Of a DNA stretch of 64,000 nt, positions 38,301 to 49,998 are shown in pieces; within the stretch, counting starts at the first letter, position 1; each line of letters opens with the position of its first letter. Below the pieces are notes generated by a model. The model was not told where the DNA came from. It did no database searches and saw only the letters and a program-made list of their open reading frames with translations. A program made the translations under genes and the position numbers. This stretch comes from Eukaryota sp. TZLM1-RC (taxonomy: Eukaryota; Protista; Metamonada: BaSk clade): positions 1,300,881 through 1,364,880 of the forward strand of contig JAUPSS010000010.1 in the NCBI GenBank assembly GCA_040285825.1, in the 5' to 3' direction.

Positions 38301-41300
38301 CCACTATTAAATGTAAGCTTATGAGGTTCAGTTAATTTGTTACTATTAGGGGAATGATCTAAAATTTGACAATTTTCATTACAAATTGTTTCACCACTTT
38401 CAGCAAATTCACTATTGGCAATTGACAAACTCTTAGCTACCAAATTACCAGCACCATTTCTAGTAGAATCTATTAATTTTACATCATCACAGTTATAATT
38501 AACAGAATTTTTCAAAGTTAGCTCGGAATTTTCCAAGTCAACATCAAAAGCTATGTCAAAATCATCATCATATTCCAAAGTTAAATGACCCTTTATGGAC
38601 GTGAAACCACTTAAAGAATCTAGCTTTGTATTAAAAAATGAAGCACTAGCTGTAGATTCAGAGTTAATAGTAAAACTACTTGCCTTTAAATCACCATTAT
38701 TAAAGGTAACAGATCCTTCTTGGAGTTCAATTGAGTCAATGTCAATACTTTCAAAAGTGTCATCGTAAACAAAAGTAACGTGGCCAGTTTCTATTTCTAG
38801 CGAGTGTAATGATTTAAATTCAGCACCATCAAAAGTTAATTCATTGTCAGTTTTAACAATAAAATCACCAGTATCCACCTTTGAACCAGAAGTAAACGTC
38901 AACTTTCCATGTGAGTGAGTGATGGAACCAAATCCTTTATAAGTACCTTCAATTGATAATTCAATAGGTTCCTGTAAAGTTAGCGTATTTGGATGAACTT
39001 CAAGCTTGGAATTTTCGTTAAATGTATAAGAATCTCCTTTCAAAATAGCTTCACCACCATCTAAAACCTTTAAAGTTCCACCAATGGTATTATCTACATC
39101 TAATTCCAATTTACCATTTACATTGATAGTGCCTTGTAAATCAAATAAATTCTCAATTACCAAAATACCTTCTTCCTCTATATTAAGTGTACCCAATATT
39201 TGGAAATCTGTTTTGGATGAGGTTGAAACAGTAAGTGTAGAATCGAGTTGGAAAACTAAATCTAAAGGTAAAAATAAATTGTCCATCTAATATTTCCAAT
39301 TTGGCATTTCCAGAACTAATTTGACCTCCACTATTAAATGTAAGCTTATGAAGGTCACTTATTTTGTTATTATTAAGGGAATGATCTAAAATTTGACAAT
39401 TTTCATTACAAATTGTTTCACCACTTTCAGCAAATTCACTATTGGCAATTGACAAACTCTTAGCTACCAAATTACCAGCACCATTTCTAGTAGAATCTAT
39501 TAATTTTTACATCATCACAGTTATAATTAACAGAATTTTTTTCAAAGTTAGCTCGGAATTTTCCAAGTCAACATCAAAAGCTATGTCAAAATCATCATCA
39601 TATTCCAAAGTTAAATGACCCTTTATGGACGTGAAGCCAGTTAAAGAATCTAGCTTTGTATTAAAAAATGAAGCACTAGCTGTAGATTCAGAGTTAATAG
39701 TAAAACTACTTGCCTTTAAATCACCATTATTAAAGGTAACAGATCCTTCTTGGAGTTCAATTGAGTCAATGTCAATACTTTCAAAAGTGTCATCATAGTC
39801 AAAAGTAACGTGACCAGTTTCTATTTCTAGCGAGTCTAATGATTTAAATTCAGCACCATCAAAACTTAATTCATTGTCAGTTTTAACAATAAAATCACCA
39901 GTATCCACCTTTGAACCAGAAGTAAACGTCAACTTTCCATGTGAGTGAGTGATGGAACCAAATCCTTTATAAGTACCTTTAATTGTTAATTCAATAGGTT
40001 CCTGTAAAGTTAGCGTATTTGGATGAACTTCAAGCTTGGAATTTTCGTTAAATGTATAAGAATCTCCTTTGAAAATAGCTTCACCACCATCTAAAACCTT
40101 TAAAGTTCCACCAATGGTATTATCTACATCTAATTCTAATTTACCATTTACATTAATAGTGCCTTGTAAATCAAATAAATCCTCAATTACCAAAATACCT
40201 TCTTCCTCTATATTAAGTGTACCCAATAGTTGGAAATCTGTTTTGGATGAGGTTGAAACAATGACTTTAGAGTTTGCAGAAATCAAATTTCCGTCCTTTA
40301 AAATAAAAGTAGCTGAATTAATTTGGAAGTAGAGAGGAGATTCAGAATCCATATTACCATTACCATCAAAAATTAATTCGTGGGAATCTTTTACATTTAT
40401 AATGTTAGTTTCACCATTGATCACATCGCAGTTTTCAGTACATTTAGTTTGGGAATTACCAGTAAAAGTGGTACCTGAGAAACTCAACTTTCCGACTATT
40501 AGCATTCCATTACCTTTTCGAGTTGATGAGAGGAGATAAACATCACTAAAAGTATAAATAGTATCTGAGTTTGTTAAATCCAAGTCTGAACTATCAAGAT
40601 CAAAATCTGCAGAAATGATGAGATCATCCTCATAATTAAATTCAATATTACCATTATTTGAACTGAAACCACTCAAAGAATCTAGCTTAGTATTAAAAAA
40701 TGAAGCACTAGCTGTAGATTCAGAGTTAATAGTAAAACTACTTGCCTTTAAATCACCATTATTAAAGGTAACAGATCCTTCTTGGAGTTCAATTGAGCCA
40801 ATGTCAATACTTTCAAAAGTGTCATCATAGTCAAAAGTAACGTGACCAGTTTCTATTTTGAGCAAGTCTAATGATTTAAATTCAGCACCATCAAAACTTA
40901 ATTCATTGTCAGTTTTAACAATAAAATCACCAGTATCCACCTTTGAACCAGAAGTAAACGTCAACTTTCCATGTGAGTGAGTGATGGAACCAATTCCTGT
41001 ATAAATACCTTCAATTGATAATTCAATAGGTTCCTGTAAAGTTAGCGTATTTGGATGAACTTCAAGCTTGGAATTTTCGTTAAATGTATAAGAATCTCCT
41101 TTGAAAATAGCTTCACCACCATCTAAAACCTTTAAAGTTCCACCAATGGTATTATCTACATCTAATTCTAATTTACCATTTACATTGATAGTGCCTTGTA
41201 AATCAAATAAATCCTCAATTACCAAAGTACCTTCTTCCTCTATATTAAGTGTACCCAATATTTGGAAATCTGTTTTGGATGAGGTTGAAACAGTAAGTGT

Positions 41301-43895
41301 AGAATCGAGTTGGAAAACCAAATCTAAAGGTAAAATAAATTGTCCATCTAATATTTCCAACTTGGCATTTCCAGAACAAATTTGACCTCCACTATTAAAT
41401 GTAAGCTTATGAGGTTCACTTATTTTGTTGTTATTAGGGGAATGATCTGAAATTTGACAATTTTCATTACAAATTGTTTCACCACTTTCAGCAAATTGAC
41501 TATTGGCAAATGACAAACTCTTAGCTACCAAATTACCAGCACCATTTCTAGTAGAATCTACTAATTTGAGGTCATCAAAGTTATAATTAACAGAATTTTT
41601 CAAAGTTAGCTCGGAATTTTCCAACTCAACATCAAAAGCTATGTCAAAATCATCATCATATTCCAAAGTTAAATGACCCTTTGTTAAGGCCAAAGTAGTG
41701 AAAGAACCTAGCTGCGTATTAGTAAATGAAGCACTAGTGGTAGATTCAGGGTTGAAAGTTAAACTATTTGTCACTAATTCGCCATTGTTAAAGGTAACAG
41801 ATCCTTTTTCGACATGAATGCTCTCAAAGTGTGCAACATCATTGGTCTCGAGTAAAAAGAAAATGTTTCCTGATAAGATACGAAGATTCACAATGTTTAA
41901 AAAGTTGAAATGTTCCAAGTCGTAATGATAATCACCTTCAAAATCCAAACCAAATATAGGAGTGTCTATTCTAGAATCTTCAAGTAAATTAAATCCATCC
42001 CGGTAGATAAGCATCAATTCTCCTTTCCAAAGTCCGTCAAAATTGATCACTGTATTCTCTGTCGTAGTAAAGGACTTGGGGTATTGTTGAAGGATAGAAT
42101 CAGTAGTGAAGGTGTAAATAGCATCCTTAAACGAAACCAGTCCATCTTCTTCAATTATAAGACTGCCATCAATCTGAGAATTTTTGGAGAAAATAACATT
42201 TCCAGTCATGATCGTCATGCTACCTTCAAGTTTTATCTTACAATTTAAAGTAATATCTTCTCCTGAATCAACAACCACATCTCCAGTTATGACAATGGTG
42301 GTTGACCCAGAACACTCAAATTGATCCTTGACAAGAGAAGTTCCTTTATAATACACAAATGCTACCCCGCTTGGTATTGACTTAACAAAACTGTTATCGT
42401 AAAAGAAAAATCTCCCAGGCCCAATGGCACTGGGGCTAACATGTGTTTCCTCTAGGCCTTCAGCACCACTTTGATAGAAGATAGTTTCCCAATCAGATTG
42501 ATAAAGGCCCTTGGTGAACACTTTATAATAACGAAGTCTTCCATTGAATTGATCAAAGATATCATCTTCAGAGTATAACAAACCAAAATCCAAAGGTAAA
42601 GTTCTTTTACAAGAACCAAAAGAAGTTAGTGAATGCGTGTCAATATGTACGCTACCTCCCCATTCACCATACACCCGCACCCTATCATCAACACTGTAAG
42701 CCATTGGTATAAACCTACTGGGAAAATTATTTCCACCAGAAGTACTATCAAAGCAAATCCGAGTATTAGCGTCAACGTTCGAGAGGTCAAATTGATATCT
42801 AGCATAATTATTGAGAAAGCTCCTGAGTCTAGCGAATCCGGTTTTAAAATGACAATCCCCAGATTCAGAGGAGTAAATACCAAAAGCTTCACTACTACCC
42901 CCGGACAATCTATTTGACCTGTAGTTCATGAATATCGAATAAGGACCAGTAGGGGCAGGTCTAAAACTGCTAAGCAAATGGTCGTTGTTACCAGGCATTG
43001 AAACATGATCACTTTCATGCTGAGTATTACCTCTAATTTGAGCAAAGAAATTACCAAAGAAATCACTGAAATAACCATTACTAGGAGGATCTCTAAAGTT
43101 AAAATAAACTAATAAATCATTTTCTACTGCAGAATAATAGGATTTTGACTTAAATTGAACAGTACAACCATCAACATTGAGTTCGGAATTTTCCCCTTTC
43201 AACTCTATTTCATTATTCATTTCCGAGTCTTCATTAAACTCCAAAACTGCACCTTCATTGACCACAACCCTTCCAATCAAATGTGCACTAACTCCTAGTT
43301 TTAGATGGCTATTGCTTTCCAATTCGACTGGAACAAAGAACTCAACACATGGATCTCCACCAGTTTTTGCTATCTCAAAAGCACCTGATGAGGGTGATAT
43401 TAAAACTTTATTTTCTTTATTATAAACATGGCGAACACTTAGTTCAGAGTTCGGAAATAGAGTAAGACTGCAACTATCAAAAACTTGAAAGAAACCAAAT
43501 AAAAGTAAAGTGCCTGAGCGTAGTTCTTTAGAACTCTCTGATTTAAGATGTAAAGTAGAGTGAATGTTGAATAACTGGGTGTCGATCTCGAGACTACCAC
43601 TGTACCAAACAAAGTTTTCAACTGAAAGAGATGCACTGATTTTGAGATGCGGTAAGGAAGAACCTCCACCAAGTCTTATTTCGTGGATGTTGGGAAGTAA
43701 GTCTCCGTATAACGTCACTTGAATATCATGTTGAATAACATAGACTAAACCATAAGTATAAAAGTTGTCACCATCTGAGAAAGACCAATTCTCGACATCA
43801 GAAAAGCTGCCACCATCACCAGAGGTCCAGTGAACTTCAGTGGCCAAGACAGTGAAATAGAAGATGAGAAGAAGAAGGATTGAGTGAGGAAGCAT
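29360..43895 (-). CDS. Giant (~4,800 aa) cell-surface multi-pass membrane protein with tandem beta-rich repeats; three homopolymer frameshifts at 39270-39542
   Basis: Signal peptide MLPHSILLLLIFYFTVLA; LamG/ConA-like segment; 342-aa repeats; IPT/TIG-like motifs (PVISSLSP..VSGFNLG); ephrin-receptor-like Cys repeats (CPRNTFS..CQQCPLG..C); several C-terminal hydrophobic helices. Domain calls are by eye. Confidence 0.82.
35265..41810 (-). repeat. About six near-identical 1026/1032-bp coding tandem repeats
   Basis: Shadow ORFs recur at 37032/38058/39084 (1026-bp period) and 40069/41101 (1032 bp). Confidence 0.93.
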
Positions 43896-45240
43896 CACAT
43901 CAATAATTCTATTTGAGTTACTATTTTGGTAACCTTTCATTTTCAATATTCCACAATCATAATGCTACGACTACCTTTGAACAACAAAAGTTGACCAAAA
44001 CTCTGAGTGATGTAGACCATTTGAGATATAGGCCTGAATTTTTTCCACGATTTCCAACTGATTCGTTCCTAAATATATGGCCCCAGTATTGTTTGCCAAT
44101 TTCGAGAATAAATTGAAAGTAAATAATGAAAAACATGTCAATCGTTTCATTAATGTCTATTTTGACACAGTAGGTGTAAAAAATGTGTTAGCAGGCTGCA
44201 CAAACTGGGTGGGTACATGACGCTGTTGTCCTGCGTAATTTCATTATATAGATATAGACCTCGACAATTAAAAAACGGGTTTTTAGTTGATGATAGGGAT
44301 TACTTGAGTTCTTCATGACTTGCACCTGAAACTATTTCAGACCTTCTTGATGATGAGTTTTCAAATATGTGTCAAGATCATGATATTATTAACAATGATC
44401 TTGAAGATATTTTTTATGGTCTTATAACACCATTTACTTGTCAAATTGAGAATTTTGTCAGTGATAAAAGTCTGGTTGACATAACATTTCCAGTTGATGT
44501 ACACTTTCTTGCATCTGCTGTTGAGAAAGATCCTCAAATGCTCTTAAAACCAACAATTACGATTGCTCAATATATTGCCAGTAGATAGAGGAAACCTTAT
44601 CACGTTACCCTTGTATCAAAAAATGTAGGCCCAGGGTATTTTCCAATTGACACAGGAACACTATAAACAATTTTCAAACAAACATTGATGGATGATTTGC
44701 TGCGTAATCAGAGTTTAAAAATGGTCAATACACAAGCCCAAGTTCATAGATACAAGCCACCTGAGCAATTTGACTTTTCGGTCTAATATTATCGATTTCA
44801 AGCAACAACCAATGTTCAAACAAAAGGTGTACATATTCAAGAACATTATCCACACAGATGGATTTAATATTGCAGTAGAGTTTGTGCGTTGGAATTAACA
44901 AGGTCAGAATTGTAAGTCAGACAACAAGGCCACTCTTTCTGATTTATATATTGATGATGTTGATGTTGATATTTGTCAACATAAACGAATTGTTGTTTGT
45001 GATCCTGGAAAACTTGATTTATTGTATTTTGGGAGTAAAAAACCGATCAAGAATTAGCCGTGTTCTTGAACATAAAACTGAGCAGTAAAGAAGTTGTCGG
45101 GTATTAATTAGGGGACACAGAAACTAACACATGATCTTACAGAATGAAACTGACCAAAGGAGCAAAAATAAAAGTGTAAAAAGAGCGGTAATTCAAACAA
45201 AATGGTGAGCAGAGAACTGTGTTAAAGAAGGGAGCAACAA

Positions 45241-45520
45241 TGTTATCTGAAACGTTTTACTGGAAGAAGGCGGTTAGGATAAAGACAATTATATTTAAAC
45301 CTATATTATATAAAGCTACTCACTGTTGAGACCCCAACATTAACTTTCCCCTTTCTTAATTAATGATAATTATTTAAGATTGTTTTTCCACTCTCTTTGT
45401 GGATAACACTTTTGCTGAGGCACGCGGAGATCCTGAGCGGAGCTACGAAATTTAAGAGAATCAAGTTTTCTTTTATTTGGTTTTTATTATATCGTAGATC
45501 CCCTTCTGAATGTATGCTAT
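45241..45520 (-). mobile_element. Gypsy remnant G: pol end, PPT and probable 3' LTR (starts 45339)
   Basis: Minus strand AAGAAAGGGGAAAG-TTAA-TGTTGG. Its chromodomain-like coding (CTVKWFGG) continues at 46624-46770. The far LTR end is uncertain. Confidence 0.55.
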
Positions 45521-46623
45521 TGATGCCGTTAGGCAGATGAACACACGAAGGAGAGAGAGAAATCTGTTGTTTATTACTAAAACTGATTCATAAATGAGTA
45601 TCACGTCATCAGTCGAAATACAAAGAAACCTACTAATTCAATTTGAGTTCAACAACAACACTACTTTTTCCCACTTTTCTGAGGACAAATACAGTACTGG
45701 CTCAATAGAGGGAAGATATGGGGTTTGTTAAACTCTTTGGTGCATCGTTTGTGTGACACAAATAATTTACCTCATGTTTGATTTTAGATGGACAATCACG
45801 GGAGATGTGTCCAGGCTTGTGGCACTTGAAGCACGATTGATTTTTTAAATCCTGAGAGCGGCAAGAGGACCTCGTTTTAGTGCCAGCCGTACGTTCCACA
45901 TCATTCACTGAGGTTTTGAAACCACGAGTCCATGAAGCAACCCTAGAGCAGTCCAACAGCTCATCAGTAGTGGTTTCGACAAGAGAGTGAAGATCTGGGA
46001 ATACATCATCTCGAATTCTCGCTAGTAGAGAACGTTGAAGACCTACGGGAAGAATTCCTCTGGCAAATCGATTCAGAAAAGCTGTGTCTGGTAACTTCAG
46101 TCCGGAAGCCCTACTCTTTACCTGGAGGAAACGTCGCAGGTAACAGGACATACGTTCTCGGACGTCACCAATACGGACATCAAGCTTCAGTTCTGACATA
46201 GCCAGACTAAAATCTTCGTACGTGGCGAACGATACGACAGATTGAAGATGTCTAAGAAGAACATCGTCACTGGAAGAGACGTCGGATTTCTGGAGAGATA
46301 GGGACTCTAACAGAAAAGAATCGACCAAGAGTCTTGCTGGAACAAGCTCTTTCTTAGAAGTCACAGAAGAATAGATCTTCCACTCTTGTAGGAACAAGAG
46401 AACACTTTCAACTTTCATGGAAGAAAGAGACGGGAGGTTGACAGAAGGAACAGTCATCTGAAATAAGAAGGGCCAATAATTATTGATGCCGTTAGGCAGA
46501 TGAACACACGAAGGAGAGAGAGAAATCTGTTGTTTATTACTAAAACTGATTCATAAATGAGTATCACGTCATCAGTCGAAATACAAAGAAACCTACTAAT
46601 TCAATTTGAGTTCAACAACAACA
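45521..46623 (-). mobile_element. Gag-only mini LTR retrotransposon E1 (1103 bp)
   Basis: Identical 140-bp LTRs at 45521-45660 and 46484-46623; TSD CTAT; PPT AGAAAAGTGGGAAAAAG; single ORF. Confidence 0.95.
45702..46457 (-). CDS. gag: Intact compact Gag (251 aa) with CCHC zinc knuckle
   Basis: Capsid MHR-like segment (ERMSCYLRRF) and CFKCHKPGHISRDC; fills the internal region. Confidence 0.88.
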   Translation of the reverse strand: MTVPSVNLPSLSSMKVESVLLFLQEWKIYSSVTSKKELVPARLLVDSFLLESLSLQKSDVSSSDDVLLRHLQSVVSFATYEDFSLAMSELKLDVRIGDVRERMSCYLRRFLQVKSRASGLKLPDTAFLNRFARGILPVGLQRSLLARIRDDVFPDLHSLVETTTDELLDCSRVASWTRGFKTSVNDVERTAGTKTRSSCRSQDLKNQSCFKCHKPGHISRDCPSKIKHEVNYLCHTNDAPKSLTNPISSLY

Positions 46624-46849
46624 CTATGAAAGAACAGTCATTCAGTATTCGTAGTCTGTCCACCAAACCACTTCACAGTACAGAAGAGTTTTTGAGCTGA
46701 ATTATATTCTTCATGGATTTCTTCGTCAACATGATTATCTGAATCAGTGGCTGCAATGGCCCTGATTATGGAAGTAGTTTTGAATAAAATCAATTAACCA
46801 CCATTTATGCGGAAATGTATGTATAACGATCATAGACATGACAAAAATT

Positions 46850-47348
46850 GTCGCACGGCAATTGCGAAAACAAAGTTGTCAATTTCTCCAATGTTGTCAG
46901 GTAACTTGTCAGTTTAGCATTTCTCTAAGACAATAACAAGAAAGTTTTTTAACATTTGGCAGCTCCTTTGAAAAGATAATGTGTTAAGTCTGATTGTAAA
47001 GAGTTAGAATTGTCGAATGAGTGCAGTTATTGGGTTAGTGTTTGGGAAAGGTGAAAGTATGCATTATGACTGAGAAAACACAATTTAGACTTTCACAATG
47101 TTTTCATTGGGAACACTTCCTTAAAAAAGTATGCTTATATGGATGATGTTGTTCTTACAGGTGACTTAACGATTGTCAAAGAAGCAACTTTATGTTGCTC
47201 AAAAAATTATTCAGTAAAAATTGCCTCCATGGGAAGATTTATTAATGACAACGCAAAAATTTACTATTGATGCACTAAATGAAGAAATTTCAAGAATCGA
47301 TGTAGAAAAATGGAGTCGATGCTTTCTCCAATCATTCAATGGCAATAT
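46850..47348 (+). mobile_element. Degenerate CRE family 3 fragment (target of element D)
   Basis: AYMDDVVL and IDVEKWSRCFLQSFNGNI; continues at 62694. Confidence 0.75.
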
Positions 47349-47541
47349 TGAGGCCTGTGACATAATGGTAACAGCAAAAAGGTAAGATAATTTATTGAAT
47401 TCCACTGGCCCTTATAAAGGCCATCACTAGTGAAGTATCTATGATAATAAATGTACTAGACTAACTGTCCACACTACAACACTACCTTTTCCCTCTCTTA
47501 GATCTCGTACGAGAGCTATCAGAATTAACTGCAGGGGAATT

Positions 47542-47687
47542 TGTTTTACTGTGGACAATTAGTCTAGTACATTTGTTATTATTGTTATTACTTAGACTTC
47601 ACTAGTGATGGCCTTTATAAGGGCCGGTGAATTCAATAAACTAATCCTTACTTTTCTTAACCGTTATCATATATGGATAAGGCATCA
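47542..47687 (+). repeat. Third, inverted LTR (F) related to the D LTRs, followed by leader/gag start
   Basis: TGTTTTACTGTGGAC...GGCATCA; shares CTTCACTAGTGATGGCCTTTATAAGGGCC with the D LTR. Confidence 0.8.
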
Positions 47688-47985
47688 TTAATTATCGGCT
47701 CGACAGGCCACAATGATAACTCACCTTCCTCACCAAGGAAGAGTATTGTCCCTTCTTTGAAGGAGAACAATTCCCCTCCACCAACGAATTAGTCTTAGAT
47801 TTAGAATCGGAATTCATTCTGCGTTTTCTGGTAGTGCGACGACCAAGGGTACGCAAATATGATTGGTATGCCTCAGTGCTTTTGATGTCAGCAACTAGGA
47901 CAAACGATGTCTCGCCGCCATACCAAACTGCGGTGCAATAAGGAATTTTATTATTATTCGAGTCTATAAAGTTGAAATCGACTAT

Positions 47986-49085
47986 TGTTGTTGTTGAACT
48001 CAAATTGAATTAGTAGGTTTCTTTGTATTTCGACTGATGACGTGATACTCATTTATGAATCAGTTTTATTAATAAACTCAGATTTCTCTCTCTCCTTCGT
48101 GTGTTCATCTGCCTAACGGCATCAATAATTATTGGCCCTTCTTATTTCAGATGACTGTTCCTTCTGTCAACCTCCCGTCTCTTTCTTCCATGAAAGTTGA
48201 AAGTGTTCTCTTGTTCCTACAAGAGTGGAAGATCTATTCTTCTGTGACTTCTAAGAAAGAGCTTGTTCCAGCAAGACTCTTGGTCGATTCTTTTCTGTTA
48301 GAGTCCCTATCTCTCCAGAAATCCGACGTCTCTTCCAGTGACGATGTTCTTCTTAGACATCTTCAATCTGTCGTATCGTTCGCCACGTACGAAGATTTTA
48401 GTCTGGCTATGTCAGAACTGAAGCTTGATGTCCGTATTGGTGACGTCCGAGAACGTATGTCCTGTTACCTGCGACGTTTCCTCCAGGTAAAGAGTAGGGC
48501 TTCCGGACTGAAGTTACCAGACACAGCTTTTCTGAATCGATTTGCCAGAGGAATTCTTCCCGTAGGTCTTCAACGTTCTCTACTAGCGAGAATTCGAGAT
48601 GATGTATTCCCAGATCTTCACTCTCTTGTCGAAACCACTACTGATGAGCTGTTGGACTGCTCTAGGGTTGCTTCATGGACTCGTGGTTTCAAAACCTCAG
48701 TGAATGATGTGGAACGTACGGCTGGCACTAAAACGAGGTCCTCTTGGCGCTCTCAGGATTTAAAAATCAATCGTGCTTCAAGTGCCACAAGCCTGGACAC
48801 ATCTCCCGCGATTGTCCATCTAAAATCAAACATGAGGTAAATTATTTGTGTCACACAAACGATGCACCAAAGAGTTTAACAAACCCCATATCTTCCCTCT
48901 ATTGAGCCAGTACTGTATTTGTCCTCAGAAAAGTGGGAAAAAGTAGTGTTGTTGTTGAACTCAAATTGAATTAGTAGGTTTCTTTGTATTTCGACTGATG
49001 ACGTGATACTCATTTATGAATCAGTTTTATTAATAAACTCAGATTTCTCTCTCTCCTTCGTGTGTTCATCTGCCTAACGGCATCA
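47986..49085 (+). mobile_element. Gag-only mini LTR retrotransposon E2 (1100 bp)
   Basis: Identical 139-bp LTRs at 47986-48124 and 48947-49085; TSD CTAT; gag from 48151 with a 1-nt A-run deletion near 48765. Confidence 0.95.
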
Positions 49086-49998
49086 CTATAATCTTAATAA
49101 TTACAGTTTGTTTATCTCCAGCAGCAATGTTCTTGTGCCAATGTATATTTTCCTTGGGGAAGTCAGAGAAATATAATTTACAATGATTAAAACTTGCCGT
49201 GGACATCGAACCAGTGAAAAGATTGTTGAGTATTATACTTTTATTGGATTTCACTTCTTCAATAAAGAAAGGGCCAGCGAAGCAACCATGGAGTTTACCA
49301 TTAGTTTTTTATCGCAAAACTAAGTCGCCTCTATTGAAAGGGTTCCTGTGTTTGTTTACTTCAGGAAGTTGTTGAGCTTGTCTGAACTCTGTCTCTTCTT
49401 TCTTATTTGAAATTCTTTCAAGTTTTGCTTCCAGATCTTTAACAAAAAGTATATCAACATCAGCTGATTTTATTAGTTCAAACATATAACTCGGATCAGC
49501 TCTAGGGCTGTGATCGCTACCAAACATTAAATTGTAAGGCGAATGACCAGTAACTCTACTAACAGTTGAATTAATTTGAAGTTGTACAATTGGAATATAT
49601 TCACTCTAATTGCAATAATCGCCAGAGTCCACCAAAATCTTTCTTAGACTTTGTAAAATGTCTCTGTGTTGTCTTTCTACTAAACCATTGCTTTGTGAAA
49701 AACTAGTTAGTGAACGACTTACTTCAATGTTTAATAAATCGCATAACCCTTTGAGTAATGCATTTGCAAATTCAATACCATTGTCACTATTGTTGCCTAA
49801 AGTCTACTGTAGTAAACAAAAGTCTGATTTATTTTCTATTCATATTATATAAGCCTTAGGGCGCCAACACTGCTTCTTCGCTGTTTCAAAATAAATCAGC
49901 TTATATGAATATGAAATAAAAACTATATACAAATAACGAAATAACTATAATAAATACATATAATCGATATAATATAAATAATCGATATAAACTAAGAA

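Noticed and set aside
39270-39542. Programmed frameshifting or phase variation in the giant gene
   Set aside because: Three extra-base homopolymer indels (+1, +1, +2) cluster within 270 bp of one repeat copy; consensus error in a repeat is more parsimonious. Read data are needed.
30118-43672. Many short antisense or alternative-frame ORFs
   Set aside because: Shadows of the long coding frame, recurring with the repeat period.
44300-45100. Short ORFs upstream of the giant gene
   Set aside because: Fragmentary, with no recognisable domain; may be a pseudogene.
45702-46457. Domesticated Arc/PEG10-like gag gene
   Set aside because: Still flanked by identical LTRs, PPT and TSD, so it is mobile rather than domesticated.
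45521-49085. E1/E2 as one large inverted repeat or invertible cassette
   Set aside because: Each copy has its own TSD and copy-specific LTR variants, so they are independent insertions.
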